Source: an uncultured Rhodospirillaceae bacterium
GTDB lineage: Bacteria > Pseudomonadota > Alphaproteobacteria > Micavibrionales > UBA2020
Assembly: GCA_964458415.1 (NCBI GenBank)
Contig: CAYWIT010000004.1
Span: 81,493-145,492, forward strand
Direction: 5' to 3'
Length of the DNA: 64,000 bases
This document shows, piece after piece, positions 47,127 through 57,969 of this stretch. Numbering within the stretch: position 1 is the first letter of the stretch; every line of letters begins with the position of its first letter. Under the pieces are notes generated by a model. The model was given only the letters and a program-made list of their open reading frames with translations. It did no database searches and was not told the origin of the DNA. The position numbers were made by a program, and so were the translations under genes.

Positions 47127-47972
47127 TTATTTCTGTTTTACCGGGCAATAGAAGGTTGAGCGCCCGCCCTGGATAAGACGTTGTATCCCTCTTTTGCCCC
47201 TTCTTTTTTGACAGGTGCAGCCGGGACAATTTTGTCCGGCCTTGTCATAGACGGCCCATTTGTGCTGGAAATAGCCGAGTTCGCCGTCAGTCTGCACATA
47301 GTCGCGGAGCGAGCTGCCGCCGGCGGCAATTGCCGCTTTGAGCACGCGGCGGATGGCGTGCGCCAGTTTCCCGCATTCCGCCGCCGTTAAATCTCCTCCG
47401 GCGCGGCGTGGATCAATCCCGGCATAAAACAGTGCTTCGGCGGCGTAGATATTGCCGACCCCGACGACAAATTTCTGGTCCAGAATGATCAGTTTGATGG
47501 CGGCCTTTTTGCCGTGCAGCTTTTCCGCCAGATAGGCCGCATTGAATTTTTTATCGAAAGGGTCCGGCCCCAGATGCGCGAAGAGCGCATGTTTGTCAAG
47601 TTCGCCCGTCGGAGCCAGATCGACCCGTCCGAAACGCCGCGCGTCGTTGAAAACGATTTCCGTGCCGTTATCGAGGGTCAGGCGCAGGTGATCGTGTTTT
47701 TGCAGCGGCTGCTTTTCGCTTTTAGGCCGGATGAGCAGCCGTCCGGACATGCCCAGATGCAGCAGCAGTGTCTGCCCGCCCGCCAGATGGATCAGAATAT
47801 ATTTGGCACGGCGCGCGGCAGAGATAACTTTCCGGCCCTGCAGCGCGGAAAGATTTTTCGGGAAGGGCGCGCGAAGGTCGGGACGAAAGGTCTCCACTCT
47901 GGCGAGCTTGCGCCCTGTCAGGGCCCGTGACAGGCCGCGCACGATGGTTTCAACTTCGGGCAGCTCTGGCAT
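47127..47972 (-). CDS. mutM: formamidopyrimidine-DNA glycosylase
   Basis: 281 aa. MPELPEVETI start and a C-terminal zinc finger CPGC...FYCPVKQK. Confidence 0.9.
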   Translation of the reverse strand: MPELPEVETIVRGLSRALTGRKLARVETFRPDLRAPFPKNLSALQGRKVISAARRAKYILIHLAGGQTLLLHLGMSGRLLIRPKSEKQPLQKHDHLRLTLDNGTEIVFNDARRFGRVDLAPTGELDKHALFAHLGPDPFDKKFNAAYLAEKLHGKKAAIKLIILDQKFVVGVGNIYAAEALFYAGIDPRRAGGDLTAAECGKLAHAIRRVLKAAIAAGGSSLRDYVQTDGELGYFQHKWAVYDKAGQNCPGCTCQKRRGKRGIQRLIQGGRSTFYCPVKQK

Positions 47973-47996
47973 GGGGATGTCCCCTGAAGGTTCAAA

Positions 47997-48497
47997 TCAG
48001 CTGGCGACGGCGGATTTTTCTTTTTCGGCCTGCAGACGCTTCATTTCGTTCACATAGATGGTTTCGAACGAAATCGGCGTCAGATAGAGCGGGGGATAGC
48101 CGCCCTGCGCTGTCGCGCTGGCGATGATTTCGCGCGCGAAGGGGAAAAGCAGCTTGGGAACCTCGACCATCAGGACGGCCTGATGATGTTCCTTCTGGAT
48201 GTCCTTGAGCACGACCAGCGCGCCGTAATGCAGATCGGCGATAAAGCAGAGTTTGCCGCCGTTTTTCTGTTTGGCTTCAACGCGGAAATGCACGCTGCAT
48301 TCATAAGTCTCGTCCTTGATCGCCTGATGCTTCAGGTAGATCTGGACATTGGTTTCGGGCTGCGGCCAGCCGCTGACGAGGCTTTCCGGCGCATTCGGGT
48401 TTTCAAACGACAGGTCCTTGATGTACTGGGCGATGACCTGAATGCCGGGCATCGGCTGTTGCTGCGGGGCGGCAGGTTTATCCTGTTCGGTTGTCAT
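47997..48497 (-). CDS. secB: protein-export chaperone SecB
   Basis: 166 aa. IQVIAQYIKDLSFENPNAP...LLFPFAREIIASATAQGGYPPLYL. Confidence 0.9.
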   Translation of the reverse strand: MTTEQDKPAAPQQQPMPGIQVIAQYIKDLSFENPNAPESLVSGWPQPETNVQIYLKHQAIKDETYECSVHFRVEAKQKNGGKLCFIADLHYGALVVLKDIQKEHHQAVLMVEVPKLLFPFAREIIASATAQGGYPPLYLTPISFETIYVNEMKRLQAEKEKSAVAS

Positions 48498-48559
48498 GGC
48501 GGTGCTCCTGATGAAAATATGATTGTTTCAGATAACATGGCAGATCGTCCGGCGCAAGA

Positions 48560-49033
48560 TCAGCGGTCTTTTTTGTCTTCGAGATGGTGGAATTCGCCCT
48601 CGATGACGGAGTCATGTTTTTCCGCCGTGTGGCCGTGGCGCGCCCGATAAACGAAATAATCCCCGTTTTCGGAAAAATGCCGGAACATCATGTCAGATTC
48701 CCTGATCAGGCGCTGGAAAATCCAGTGCCGGAACAGGGGGAGCGCCAAGGGGAGTGCTAGAAAGTCACTGATAAAGCCCGGGAAGATTAGCAGCAGTCCG
48801 GCGCCGAAAAGGCAGAGGCTGTCGAACATGGCCTGCATGGCGGCTTGGTCGTCGTTTTGTGCCAGCGGCTGTTTCGGCAAGCTTCCATTTTTCAGAAAAT
48901 GAAGGCCGCCAACGGTTGCGGCAAATAACCATAAAAAGCTCCAGCCAAGACCGATGTCGCCGCCGATGGTGATAAAGCCGATTATTTCTATAATCGGCAG
49001 GGCGGCAAGAACAAGAAGCAAGATATAAAGCAT
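48560..49033 (-). CDS. fxsA: FxsA family membrane protein
   Basis: ATG 49033 (MLYILLLVLAALPIIEIIGF...) preferred. LIFPGFISDFLALPL motif. Confidence 0.8.
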   Translation of the reverse strand: MLYILLLVLAALPIIEIIGFITIGGDIGLGWSFLWLFAATVGGLHFLKNGSLPKQPLAQNDDQAAMQAMFDSLCLFGAGLLLIFPGFISDFLALPLALPLFRHWIFQRLIRESDMMFRHFSENGDYFVYRARHGHTAEKHDSVIEGEFHHLEDKKDR

Positions 49034-49112
49034 GAGGGTCGTCCTTTTTTTAACCGCGCGCGGCTGAATCAGGGTAAAGTTCATTTTACAGGGGCGCAAG
49101 GATTATCAAGAG

Positions 49113-49865
49113 TTGACTTTGGGGGCTTCTTCCTCAATTTTGAGAGGGAAATCTTTTTTAAAAGAGGCGGATGTGTATCTGGATATTCTGATTTTTGCAG
49201 CCATCGCGGCTTTTCTGATTTATCGCCTGAACGCCGTTTTGGGAACGCGTCATGGCGGGGAGCGGGAACGGCCAAACCCCTTTGCGGCTGCGGCGCCAAA
49301 GCCGGGTGTGGTGGATGTGGAACCGCAAAAAGTCGTGCCGTTTGCCAAAGCCCGCACGCCGCTGGCCGGATTCGAGGCTCTGGTCGATGCGGAAGCGAAC
49401 AAGGACGGGCGGATTGAAACCGGCTTGTCCGAAATCGCCGCCGCCGATGCGCAATTTGATGTGCAGGGTTTTATGAATGGCGCGCGCGCCGCTTTTGAAA
49501 TGGTCGTGTCGGCTTATAGCCATGGTGAAACAGAGACGCTGAAAAGCCTGCTGAGCCCGAAGCTGTTTCAGGGGTTCGAGGCCGGAATCAAGGCCCGTCA
49601 GGCGGCAGGACATACTGTCGAGACAAAAATTCACCGGATCGCCCGGTCACAGATTATCGAGGCCCATCTGGGGGGCACGATGGCCTATGTTACTGTGGAT
49701 TTTGACGTTGAGGAGACGACCGTGACCCGCGATAGTGCCGGAAATATTGTCGAGGGCAGTCCCGAGCGCATTTTCAGCGTCGAGGACATCTGGACCTTTA
49801 CCCGCGACACCCGCTCTGCCGATCCCAACTGGATTCTGATTGAAACCCGCGCGGTAGAGAAATAG
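49113..49865 (+). CDS. Tim44-like domain protein
   Basis: N-terminal TM (LDILIFAAIAAFLIYRLNAVLG) plus a C-terminal Tim44-like fold. The start could instead be the GTG at 49173. secB-adjacent as in other alphaproteobacteria. Confidence 0.75.
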   Translation: MTLGASSSILRGKSFLKEADVYLDILIFAAIAAFLIYRLNAVLGTRHGGERERPNPFAAAAPKPGVVDVEPQKVVPFAKARTPLAGFEALVDAEANKDGRIETGLSEIAAADAQFDVQGFMNGARAAFEMVVSAYSHGETETLKSLLSPKLFQGFEAGIKARQAAGHTVETKIHRIARSQIIEAHLGGTMAYVTVDFDVEETTVTRDSAGNIVEGSPERIFSVEDIWTFTRDTRSADPNWILIETRAVEK

Positions 49866-49887
49866 GCTGTTGCCAAGGGGAACGCAG

Positions 49888-51126
49888 ATGCGGTTGGCCG
49901 GAATTGCTGTTATTTTTGTCTTTTGCCTGTCCTTGTCCGGCTGCCTGTCCCTGAAAGGGGAGGAAAAAAAGGCGGAAGAACGCTTTCTGCTCAAGCCTGC
50001 TGCTTTTGCGGATCTGCCGGGATGGTCGGTGGATAACGTGGGGGAAGCCATTGTTCCCCTGCAAAAATCCTGTGCGAAAACTGTCCTGAAAAAGGCGGAT
50101 CATGATTTTGGCCCGCAGGCCTATAGCGGCAAGGTCCGCGACTGGCAGGAGGTCTGCGACAAGCTTTCTCTTTATTTGCTGGCGACGGATGCCGAGGCCC
50201 GTAATTTCTTTGAAGAGCATTTCACCCCCTATGAAGTCTGGGGCGACAAGGGTCGAGAAGGGCTTTTTACGGGGTACTACGAGCCCGTCCTGCGCGGCGC
50301 GCTGGAGCGAAGGGACCCTTATCTGATTCCGTTGCATGCGCGACCGGATGATCTTGTCACGGTCAATCTTGGCGATTTTAGGCCTGAGATGAAAGGCGAG
50401 ACGGTCATGGGCCGTGTCGCCGGTGAAAATCTTGTTCCCTATTTCAGCCGGTCGGAAATTGAAGGCGGCGTATTGGAGCCGCAAAAGAAAGAGATAATCT
50501 GGGTGGACAGTGCGGTGGATGCGTTCTTTCTTCACATTCAGGGTTCCGGACAGGTGCAGATGGAAGACGGAACGGTCTTGCGGATCGGCTATGCGGCGCA
50601 GAACGGGCTTCCCTATCTGGCCATTGGCAAAGAGCTGATTGCACGGGGAGCGCTGACGCCGGAGACCGTTTCTATGCAGACCATCCGCCAATGGCTGGAG
50701 GCGCATCCGCAAGAGGCGCCGGAAGTGATGAATCTCAATGCCTCCTATATTTTCTTCAAGGCGCTGGAAGGGGAGGGGCCGCTGGGAGCACAGGGCGTTG
50801 CCCTGACGCCGGGACGGAGTCTTGCCGTGGATCGCAGGAAAGTTGCCTACGGGGCGCCGGTCTGGCTTGACGCTGCGGAACCGGAAGGGATGGGGCGGCT
50901 TCAGCGGCTGATGGTGGCGCAGGATACAGGGGGCGCTATCCGCGGCACGGTGCGCGGCGATTATTTCTGGGGGGCTGGAGAAATGGCGGCGCATAAGGCC
51001 GGGTTGATGAAGAGCGCGGGAAAAATGTGGGTGCTCTTGCCGAAAGGCGTGACCGTGCCGGAAAGCTGGCGCTGGAGCTGGTGGCGCACATTGAAATTTC
51101 CAGCGGGGATGACGCAGCGTGACTGA
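49888..51126 (+). CDS. mltA: murein transglycosylase A (lipoprotein)
   Basis: ATG 49888. Lipobox LSLSGC, MltA-type GYYEP, FFLHIQGSG, and a 3D-domain C-terminus (MVAQDTGGAIRG). Confidence 0.85.
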   Translation: MRLAGIAVIFVFCLSLSGCLSLKGEEKKAEERFLLKPAAFADLPGWSVDNVGEAIVPLQKSCAKTVLKKADHDFGPQAYSGKVRDWQEVCDKLSLYLLATDAEARNFFEEHFTPYEVWGDKGREGLFTGYYEPVLRGALERRDPYLIPLHARPDDLVTVNLGDFRPEMKGETVMGRVAGENLVPYFSRSEIEGGVLEPQKKEIIWVDSAVDAFFLHIQGSGQVQMEDGTVLRIGYAAQNGLPYLAIGKELIARGALTPETVSMQTIRQWLEAHPQEAPEVMNLNASYIFFKALEGEGPLGAQGVALTPGRSLAVDRRKVAYGAPVWLDAAEPEGMGRLQRLMVAQDTGGAIRGTVRGDYFWGAGEMAAHKAGLMKSAGKMWVLLPKGVTVPESWRWSWWRTLKFPAGMTQRD

Positions 51127-51127
51127 T

Positions 51128-51937
51128 ATGAATTCTCCTTTTGGCGCTTATGCGCTGACCCCCCTGCAGAACAGCTTGCTGAAACAGGCGCAGGCCATGC
51201 CGGTCAACTGGTGCGGGCGGCGCGGGGCGCTGATTTTGCGCAAGATTGTTTTGTCCGGCGGCCTTGCCCGGGCGGATGTGATGGTTGAGGGACTGAAATT
51301 CAGGCTCTATCTCACGGATAATGTTTCCGAGCGGAAATTTCTTTTTATGCCGCAGTTCTTTGATCGCTATGAGCGCGATTTATTGCGCGCCCGTCTGCGA
51401 CCGGGGGATTTCTTTGTCGATGTCGGCGCGAATGCCGGAATTTACAGCCTGACCGCCGCTGCTGCCGTTGGCAGCGGGGGGCATGTGCTGGCTATAGAGC
51501 CCAATCCTGTCGTGCTGAACCGGTTATTGTTCAACGCGCTGCAAAACGGGTTCGAGAGCGTCATTGCAGCGGAGCAGTCCGGCGTTTCCGATGTCGTCGG
51601 ACAGTTTGATCTGGTGCTGGATGAAAGCAATTTGGGTGGATCAAGTCTGGTGACGGCACGATCGGACAAATCTATTTCCGTTCCCTGTCATACTTTGCTG
51701 GATATTGTCCAGCGCCATCGTTTTCCCCGCATTGACGCGATGAAGATGGATATCGAGGGGGCGGAGGATCGCGCCCTGATTCCGTTTTTGGAAAGGGCGC
51801 CGCGTGAAATCCTGCCGCGGGTGCTGATCCTTGAAAATTCCGTCAAGGACTGGAAGCGCGATTTGCAAGGGGCGTTGCGGCAGTCCGGCTATAAGCTTTT
51901 GCGGACGACGCGCATGAATCTGGTGTGGGAACTGTAA
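51128..51937 (+). CDS. FkbM family methyltransferase
   Basis: ATG 51128 (alternative GTG at 51119). SAM motif FVDVGANAGIYSL, MKMDIEGAE. Confidence 0.75.
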   Translation: MNSPFGAYALTPLQNSLLKQAQAMPVNWCGRRGALILRKIVLSGGLARADVMVEGLKFRLYLTDNVSERKFLFMPQFFDRYERDLLRARLRPGDFFVDVGANAGIYSLTAAAAVGSGGHVLAIEPNPVVLNRLLFNALQNGFESVIAAEQSGVSDVVGQFDLVLDESNLGGSSLVTARSDKSISVPCHTLLDIVQRHRFPRIDAMKMDIEGAEDRALIPFLERAPREILPRVLILENSVKDWKRDLQGALRQSGYKLLRTTRMNLVWEL

Positions 51938-51946
51938 AGCCTGTCC

Positions 51947-52876
51947 TCAGGCTTTTTGCGGCGGCGCCAGTTTTTTCAGGTTCGCCTCTATGTCGTCCTT
52001 GAAAGGCGTGCCTTCCTGCGCGCCAAGGCCAAGACAGCTCAGGCTCGCGCCGACGGCGGCGCGGTGCAGGGCGGCAAGCCAGCTATGGCCTTCCTGCAGG
52101 CAGGCCGCAAAAATCCCGCAAAAGGCATCTCCGGCACCGGTGCTGTCCACGACTTCGACCGGCAGGGCGGCAATGCTGTAGAGTTCCGTCCCTCTGGCGG
52201 CAATCGCGCCACGGGCTTCCAGCGTGACGATGCAGGTCAGGCTGGCGAGAGCGGCGATTTTTTGCGCCAGATGCCGGGCATCTGCCCCGACAATGCCAAG
52301 CCCGTGGGCCAGTTGCTGGGCTTCGAGCTCGTTAACGATCAGATAGTCGATCGTTTCAAGCACCTCCCGCGGGAGCGGCGTTCCCGCGGGGGAGGCATTG
52401 AGAATTGTCATCGCGCCATGTTTGCGGGCGCGGGCCAGTACGGAAAAGGTTTCGTGCGGCGCGACTTCCATCTGGGTCAGGATGATATTTTTGTCGTTGA
52501 AGACCTCGTCCGGAGCCTGATCGGACGTGGCGTCAAGATTGGCGCCGGGCGCGACAATGACAAAGTTGCGCCCGTGCGGATCGACGGCGATAGTGGCGCA
52601 GCCTGTCGGGCGATATTCAGAAAGGCCTATTCCGGAAGTCCAGACGCCTTGATTGCGCAGGTTGTTGACCGAGCGCCTGCCGAAAGAATCATCGCCCACT
52701 TTGCCGACCATGGCGACTTTGGCTCCGGCGCGTCCGGCGGCAATGGCCTGATTGGAACCTTTCCCTCCGGGACGGCTGACGTAGTCTGTGGCGCATAATA
52801 CCGTTTCTCCCGGTTTGGGGAAATGGCTGACCGGCATGACCAGATCGATATTGAGGGAACCAAAGACAATGATCAT
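51947..52876 (-). CDS. rbsK: ribokinase (PfkB family)
   Basis: 309 aa. GSLNIDLV, GGKGSNQA, and DSTGAGDAF. Confidence 0.85.
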   Translation of the reverse strand: MIIVFGSLNIDLVMPVSHFPKPGETVLCATDYVSRPGGKGSNQAIAAGRAGAKVAMVGKVGDDSFGRRSVNNLRNQGVWTSGIGLSEYRPTGCATIAVDPHGRNFVIVAPGANLDATSDQAPDEVFNDKNIILTQMEVAPHETFSVLARARKHGAMTILNASPAGTPLPREVLETIDYLIVNELEAQQLAHGLGIVGADARHLAQKIAALASLTCIVTLEARGAIAARGTELYSIAALPVEVVDSTGAGDAFCGIFAACLQEGHSWLAALHRAAVGASLSCLGLGAQEGTPFKDDIEANLKKLAPPQKA

Positions 52877-53097
52877 TTAATGGATATTGCGTCCTTATCT
52901 TCTTTTAAGAAAAAACGTCATGGAATCAGATTAAAGGGATCAGGGGGAAGGGTCTATAATTTTTGTATAAATGGGATAAAACTGGGTTTTTATGGTTAAC
53001 AATTCTTGCATCCCCGGTTCCGGGAGTGTACACATAAAACACCCGTTTTCGAGAATGCTGGCGGGAACAAAAAAGGTTATGCAATTACAGGTAGAAA

Positions 53098-54378
53098 ATG
53101 ACCGTCTCTCCCCTCTCCAGATCTGCCGTTTCAAGAACGACGCAAGGTAAAAAAACGTCCAATCGTTTTTACGAGACTTTCTTTGAAAACCGGCTGGCGG
53201 ACCTGCATAAGGAGGGACGCTATCGTGTTTTTGCCGATCTGGAACGGCAGGCCGGAAAATTTCCCAAAGCCCTCTGGCGGGACGAGACCGGTGCCGAAAA
53301 GGAAGTCACGATCTGGTGCAGCAACGATTATCTCGGCATGGGGCAGCATCCAAAGGTTCTTTCCGCCATGTGCGATGCTGTGCAAAAATGCGGTGCCGGC
53401 GCCGGCGGCACGCGCAATATTTCCGGTACAACGCATTATCATGTCCTGCTGGAAGACGAGCTGGCGGACCTGCATGGCAAGGAAGCGGGGCTGCTTTTCA
53501 CCTCTGGCTACATTTCCAACGAGGCGGCATTGAGCACCATTGCCCGTGTTCTGCCGGATTGCGTTATTTTCTCGGATGAATTGAACCATGCCTCCATGAT
53601 TCAGGGGATCCGCGGCGCGGGCTGCGTGAAGTATATTTTCCGGCACAATGATTTGGGCCATCTTGAGACCCTGTTGCAGTCTGTGGAGCGCTGTCGCCCG
53701 AAAATTATCGCTTTTGAATCCGTCTATTCGATGGATGGCGATATCGCGCCAATCCGCCAAATCTGTGATCTGGCGGAAAAATACGGGGCTCTGACCTATC
53801 TGGATGAAGTGCATGCCGTGGGCATGTATGGCCCGCGGGGCGCCGGCGTTGCCGAAGCCACGGGGCAGATGGAGCGTATTGATGTTATCGAAGGCACGCT
53901 TGGCAAGGCTTTCGGCGTCATGGGGGGGTATATCACGGGGAGCCGCGCGATTATCGATGTGGTGCGTTCCTATGCTTCCAGTTTTATTTTTACCACATCC
54001 TTGCCGCCGGCTTTGCTGGGTGGCGCGCTTGCCAGCGTACGGCACTTGAAAGCTTCGCAGGAAGAGCGCCTGCGTCATCAGGAACGCGCCGCAACATTAA
54101 AAAAACTATTGGCGGACAATGGTCTGCCGGTGATGCCTTCGATCAGTCATATCGTGCCGTTGATGGTCGGGGACGCGCGTCTTTGCAAACGGGCCAGCGA
54201 TGACCTGCTTGAACGTCATGGCATTTATGTGCAGCCGATCAATTACCCGACGGTGCCGCGTGGAACGGAACGTTTGCGCCTGACGCCGACTCCTTTGCAT
54301 AGCGATGCCGATATGGATGCGCTGGTGGATGCGCTTTGCGAAGTCTGGGCCGCGCTCAGCCTGAAACGTGCGGCTTGA
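53098..54378 (+). CDS. hemA: 5-aminolevulinate synthase
   Basis: 426 aa. [31 protein letters not shown], and SMDGD with the PLP lysine context TLGKAFG. Confidence 0.95.
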   Translation: MTVSPLSRSAVSRTTQGKKTSNRFYETFFENRLADLHKEGRYRVFADLERQAGKFPKALWRDETGAEKEVTIWCSNDYLGMGQHPKVLSAMCDAVQKCGAGAGGTRNISGTTHYHVLLEDELADLHGKEAGLLFTSGYISNEAALSTIARVLPDCVIFSDELNHASMIQGIRGAGCVKYIFRHNDLGHLETLLQSVERCRPKIIAFESVYSMDGDIAPIRQICDLAEKYGALTYLDEVHAVGMYGPRGAGVAEATGQMERIDVIEGTLGKAFGVMGGYITGSRAIIDVVRSYASSFIFTTSLPPALLGGALASVRHLKASQEERLRHQERAATLKKLLADNGLPVMPSISHIVPLMVGDARLCKRASDDLLERHGIYVQPINYPTVPRGTERLRLTPTPLHSDADMDALVDALCEVWAALSLKRAA

Positions 54379-54380
54379 TT

Positions 54381-55334
54381 CTAGAGCGGGCCCGTCTTGA
54401 AGCCTTCAAGCAATCCGGAGAGTTTTTCCGTGTCGCTGGAATCCAGTACCAGATCAGCGTGAATCTGGTGGCGGAACCATGTAACCTGCCGCTTGGCGTA
54501 GTTGCGGGTGGCTTGCTGGGCTGCGATGCAGGCGGCTTCCCGCGTTGTGTCTCCGCTCAGCCAGGATGACAGCTCCGGATAACCCAGTGCCTTGGCGAGG
54601 GGAACGTCGGCGGGGATGCGGCCGGCGGTGATTTGCGACAGAAACGCCCGGGCTTCCTCGACGGCGCCTTGTTGCAACATGGTTTCAAAGCGGCTGTTGC
54701 ATTGCCGGTAAAGCTGTTCCCGTGGCGGCAACAGCTTGACAACAATAAAGTGCAGATGCGGTGGCGGTTGTTCCCGCGGAAGGCTCTGCCAATAGGCAAG
54801 GCTCCGCCCCGTTGCTTCCAGCACCTCGCGGGCACGAACCAGCCGCTGGGTATTGAACGGGTCAAGACTTTCCGCCATGTCTGGATCCAGTCTCTGCAAT
54901 TCCGCATGAAAGGCCGGATTCCCCATTTCTTGTTGCCGCTTTGCGACAGCGGCACGGATTTCAGCGCCGACCTCGGGAATCGGGCTGATGCCGTTCAGCA
55001 GGGTTTTGATATAAAATCCGGTTCCGCCGACGATAATCGGCAGGCGGTGATCCTCGTGGGCTTTGTTGATTTCATCCAGCGCCAGACCTTTCCATCGGGC
55101 GGCGGAGCAGCCGTCTGTCGGCTCCAGAAATCCATACAGGCGATGCGGGGCATGGCCGAGGTCTTCCGGGGAAGGCTGTGCCGTCAGCAGGGGGAGCGCG
55201 CGGTAGACTTGCATGGAATCGGCATTGATGATGGTGCCGTTATGTTTTCTGGCGGCAAAAAGCGCGAGGCCCGACTTGCCGCTGGCAGTCGGGCCTCCGA
55301 GGACAAGAACGGTTCTTTTCTTCAAACCGTTCAT
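54381..55334 (-). CDS. miaA: tRNA dimethylallyltransferase
   Basis: 317 aa. GPTASGKS P-loop, IIVGGTGFY, YAKRQVTWFR. Confidence 0.9.
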   Translation of the reverse strand: MNGLKKRTVLVLGGPTASGKSGLALFAARKHNGTIINADSMQVYRALPLLTAQPSPEDLGHAPHRLYGFLEPTDGCSAARWKGLALDEINKAHEDHRLPIIVGGTGFYIKTLLNGISPIPEVGAEIRAAVAKRQQEMGNPAFHAELQRLDPDMAESLDPFNTQRLVRAREVLEATGRSLAYWQSLPREQPPPHLHFIVVKLLPPREQLYRQCNSRFETMLQQGAVEEARAFLSQITAGRIPADVPLAKALGYPELSSWLSGDTTREAACIAAQQATRNYAKRQVTWFRHQIHADLVLDSSDTEKLSGLLEGFKTGPL

Positions 55335-56860
55335 TTTGCCTTGTCGGTTTCGGCTTTTTTAAGCTTCACCGCCACAAAGCGCAGGTCATCCTTGCGGGAG
55401 ACAAAGAGCAGAACGGAACCGCGCCCTGCTTTTTCCGCCGCCGTAATCTTGTCGCTTACCTCCTGCGGTGTGGCGACGGCCTGCTGGTCGATTTCAACAA
55501 CCACATCGCCCGGCATCAGCCCCTTTTCGGCGGCGGCGCCACCACGTTTGACATCTGTGATGATCACGCCGTTGGCGGCCTTGGCAATGCCGTAGGTTTC
55601 ACGGGACTGATCGTCGAGCGGCGCCAGACTGATCCCGAGGGCGGCGAGCTCTGTCGATTTGGTGCCGTTCTTGCCCTTGCCGGCATCCTTTCCGGCGGTC
55701 TCGATCATGCCGGTTTCTTCCGCTTTTTCCAGCTGGCCAAGATCGACCATAAAGGTTTTCTCCTTGCCTTTGCGCCAGACGGTCACGGGAACCTTTTTAC
55801 CAACATCCGTCTCGGCGACCAAACGGGGCAGTTGCCGCATCTGGTCAATGGCGCGGTTGTTGAAGGAGAGAATGATGTCCCCGGCTGCAATCCCGACGGC
55901 TTCCGCCGGCCCCTTGGGCGTCACGTTGGAAACAAGCGCGCCGCGCGCCTTGTCAAGCCTGAGGCTTTCGGCGATTTCCGGCGTCACTTCCTGAATCCTG
56001 ACGCCAAGCCAGCCGCGGCGGGTCTGGCCGTACTGGACCAGCTGGCTGATGACGTTTTTGGCAAGATTGGCGGGAACGGAGAAGCCGATTCCCACTGATC
56101 CGCCCGACGGCGAGAAGATGGCTGTATTGACGCCGATAACCTCGCCCTTTGTGTTGAACATCGGTCCGCCCGAGTTGCCGCGGTTGATCGAGGCGTCACT
56201 CTGGATAAAATCGTCATAGGGGCCGGCGTTGATATCGCGTTGCCGCGCGGAAACGATCCCGGCAGTGACGGTCCCCCCCAGGCCGAAGGGGTTGCCGATG
56301 GCCAGCACCCATGATCCGACTTTGGCGCTGTCGCTGTCGCCCCACTTTGCGGCGACAAGGGGCTTGTCGGTTTTGACTTTCAGGAGGGCGATGTCTGTTT
56401 TGTCATCCGTGCCGACCAGCGTGGCGTCCAGTGTCGTGTCGTCGTGCAGGATGATTTTGATTTCATCGGCATCCTTGATGACGTGGTTGTTGGTAACAAT
56501 GTAGCCTTCTTTGGCGTCAATAATAAAACCGGAGCCCAGCGCGGAAATATTTTCACTTCCTTGCGGTGCGCCATTGCGGTACTGGTCGTAAAAATCCTTG
56601 AAAAAGTCTTCAAACGGCGAGCCCGGCGGCAATTCCGGCATGGGGGGTAATTCCGGCCTGTTTGCCGCTGTGTCGATCTTTGTCGTGGTCGAGACGTTGA
56701 CGACGGTCGGCAGCAGGCTTTCTGAGAGTGCGACAAAATCCGGCAGCGTGACTATGGCTTGGGCGGGATCGGCGGCAAGCGTCGCGGGAGCCTGAAAGAG
56801 CCAGAGGGCGCAGCCCAGCGTGATGGCGGGGAAGAGCAGGCGGGAAGATGTTTCTTTCAT
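55331..56860 (-). CDS. degP: periplasmic serine endoprotease DegP/HtrA family (two PDZ domains)
   Basis: 509 aa. Signal peptide, TNNHV, DIALLK, and GNSGGPM catalytic triad contexts. Confidence 0.9.
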   Translation of the reverse strand: MKETSSRLLFPAITLGCALWLFQAPATLAADPAQAIVTLPDFVALSESLLPTVVNVSTTTKIDTAANRPELPPMPELPPGSPFEDFFKDFYDQYRNGAPQGSENISALGSGFIIDAKEGYIVTNNHVIKDADEIKIILHDDTTLDATLVGTDDKTDIALLKVKTDKPLVAAKWGDSDSAKVGSWVLAIGNPFGLGGTVTAGIVSARQRDINAGPYDDFIQSDASINRGNSGGPMFNTKGEVIGVNTAIFSPSGGSVGIGFSVPANLAKNVISQLVQYGQTRRGWLGVRIQEVTPEIAESLRLDKARGALVSNVTPKGPAEAVGIAAGDIILSFNNRAIDQMRQLPRLVAETDVGKKVPVTVWRKGKEKTFMVDLGQLEKAEETGMIETAGKDAGKGKNGTKSTELAALGISLAPLDDQSRETYGIAKAANGVIITDVKRGGAAAEKGLMPGDVVVEIDQQAVATPQEVSDKITAAEKAGRGSVLLFVSRKDDLRFVAVKLKKAETDKAK

Positions 56861-56887
56861 TTTAAACCTCCAGAAAAGAGCAGTTTG

Positions 56888-57076
56888 TCAAAATCCGCGC
56901 AGTACAGCGATAATCAAGAATCCGAATATGGCGAAAATAAGGCCGGCAGCGCGGATTGTCGCGGAAGGCATGCCGATGACCTGTGCCATCATTTGTTTCA
57001 TCTTGTCCGGGAAAAGAGCGTAGAGAGAGCCCTCCAGCAGCAAGACAAGTCCCAGAGCGGTCAAAACATCCATCAT
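56888..57076 (-). CDS. DUF2065 small membrane protein
   Basis: 62 aa with two TM segments. Conserved position between hflC and degP. Confidence 0.65.
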   Translation of the reverse strand: MMDVLTALGLVLLLEGSLYALFPDKMKQMMAQVIGMPSATIRAAGLIFAIFGFLIIAVLRGF

Positions 57077-57087
57077 GAGATCTGCCC

Positions 57088-57957
57088 CTAGTTGGCGGAT
57101 TTCCTGTTTTTAAAGAATTTCATGAAATCGCTGTCCGGCGTCAGGATCATCATTGTGTCGTCGCCGGAAAGGCTGCCTTTATAGGCATCCATCGTCCGGT
57201 AAAATGCGTAGAACTCGGGGTCCTTGCTGAAGGCTTCGGCATAGATCCGGATGGCCGCTTCGTCGCCCTGGCCGCGCAGCAGCTGGGCCTGTTTTTCGGC
57301 TTCGGCCAGAAGGACGGTCCGCTCACGTTCGGCCTTTGAACGGATCTCCTGGGCCTGTTCCTGGCCCTGGGCGCGGAATTCTGCGGCTTCACGCTCGCGC
57401 TCGGTGCGCATCCGGGCGAAAATTGACTGGCTGGTCTGTTCGGGTAGGTCGGCGCGGCCGATCCGGACATCGACAACCTCGATGCCCAGACGGCTGGCCG
57501 TTTCATTGACCTGCCGGTTGATGTTTTCCATCAGGGCGCTTCTTTTTTCCGACAACAGGCTGGTGAGGGTGGCGGTGCCAAGCGTGCTGCGCAGGGTCGA
57601 GCTGATAATATTGTTCAGGCGCGAGGCTGCTTGTTGTTCGGTTTGCAGCGTAGTGGCATATTCCAGCATGTCGGTAATGCGGTAGCGGGCAAAGGTATCG
57701 ACGACGATACGCTTTTTATCCGCCAGAATGACTTCTTCCGGCGGCGGGTCGAGGTCGAGCACGCGTTTTTCAAAGACGCTGGTCTGCTGGATAAACGGAA
57801 TTTTGAATTTCAGTCCGGGCATCGTGTATTGCTGCACGGGTTTGCCGAACTGGAGCACCATCGCCTGCTGGGTTTCATAAACGATAAAAACTGATTGGCT
57901 GAGGACGATAAAGGCGCCCAGCAGAAGAACGGCGAGGAAAGGTAAAGATTTGTTCAT
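57088..57957 (-). CDS. hflC: protease modulator HflC
   Basis: 289 aa SPFH/band-7 protein downstream of hflK. Confidence 0.9.
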   Translation of the reverse strand: MNKSLPFLAVLLLGAFIVLSQSVFIVYETQQAMVLQFGKPVQQYTMPGLKFKIPFIQQTSVFEKRVLDLDPPPEEVILADKKRIVVDTFARYRITDMLEYATTLQTEQQAASRLNNIISSTLRSTLGTATLTSLLSEKRSALMENINRQVNETASRLGIEVVDVRIGRADLPEQTSQSIFARMRTEREREAAEFRAQGQEQAQEIRSKAERERTVLLAEAEKQAQLLRGQGDEAAIRIYAEAFSKDPEFYAFYRTMDAYKGSLSGDDTMMILTPDSDFMKFFKNRKSAN

Positions 57958-57969
57958 GTCCGATTCTCC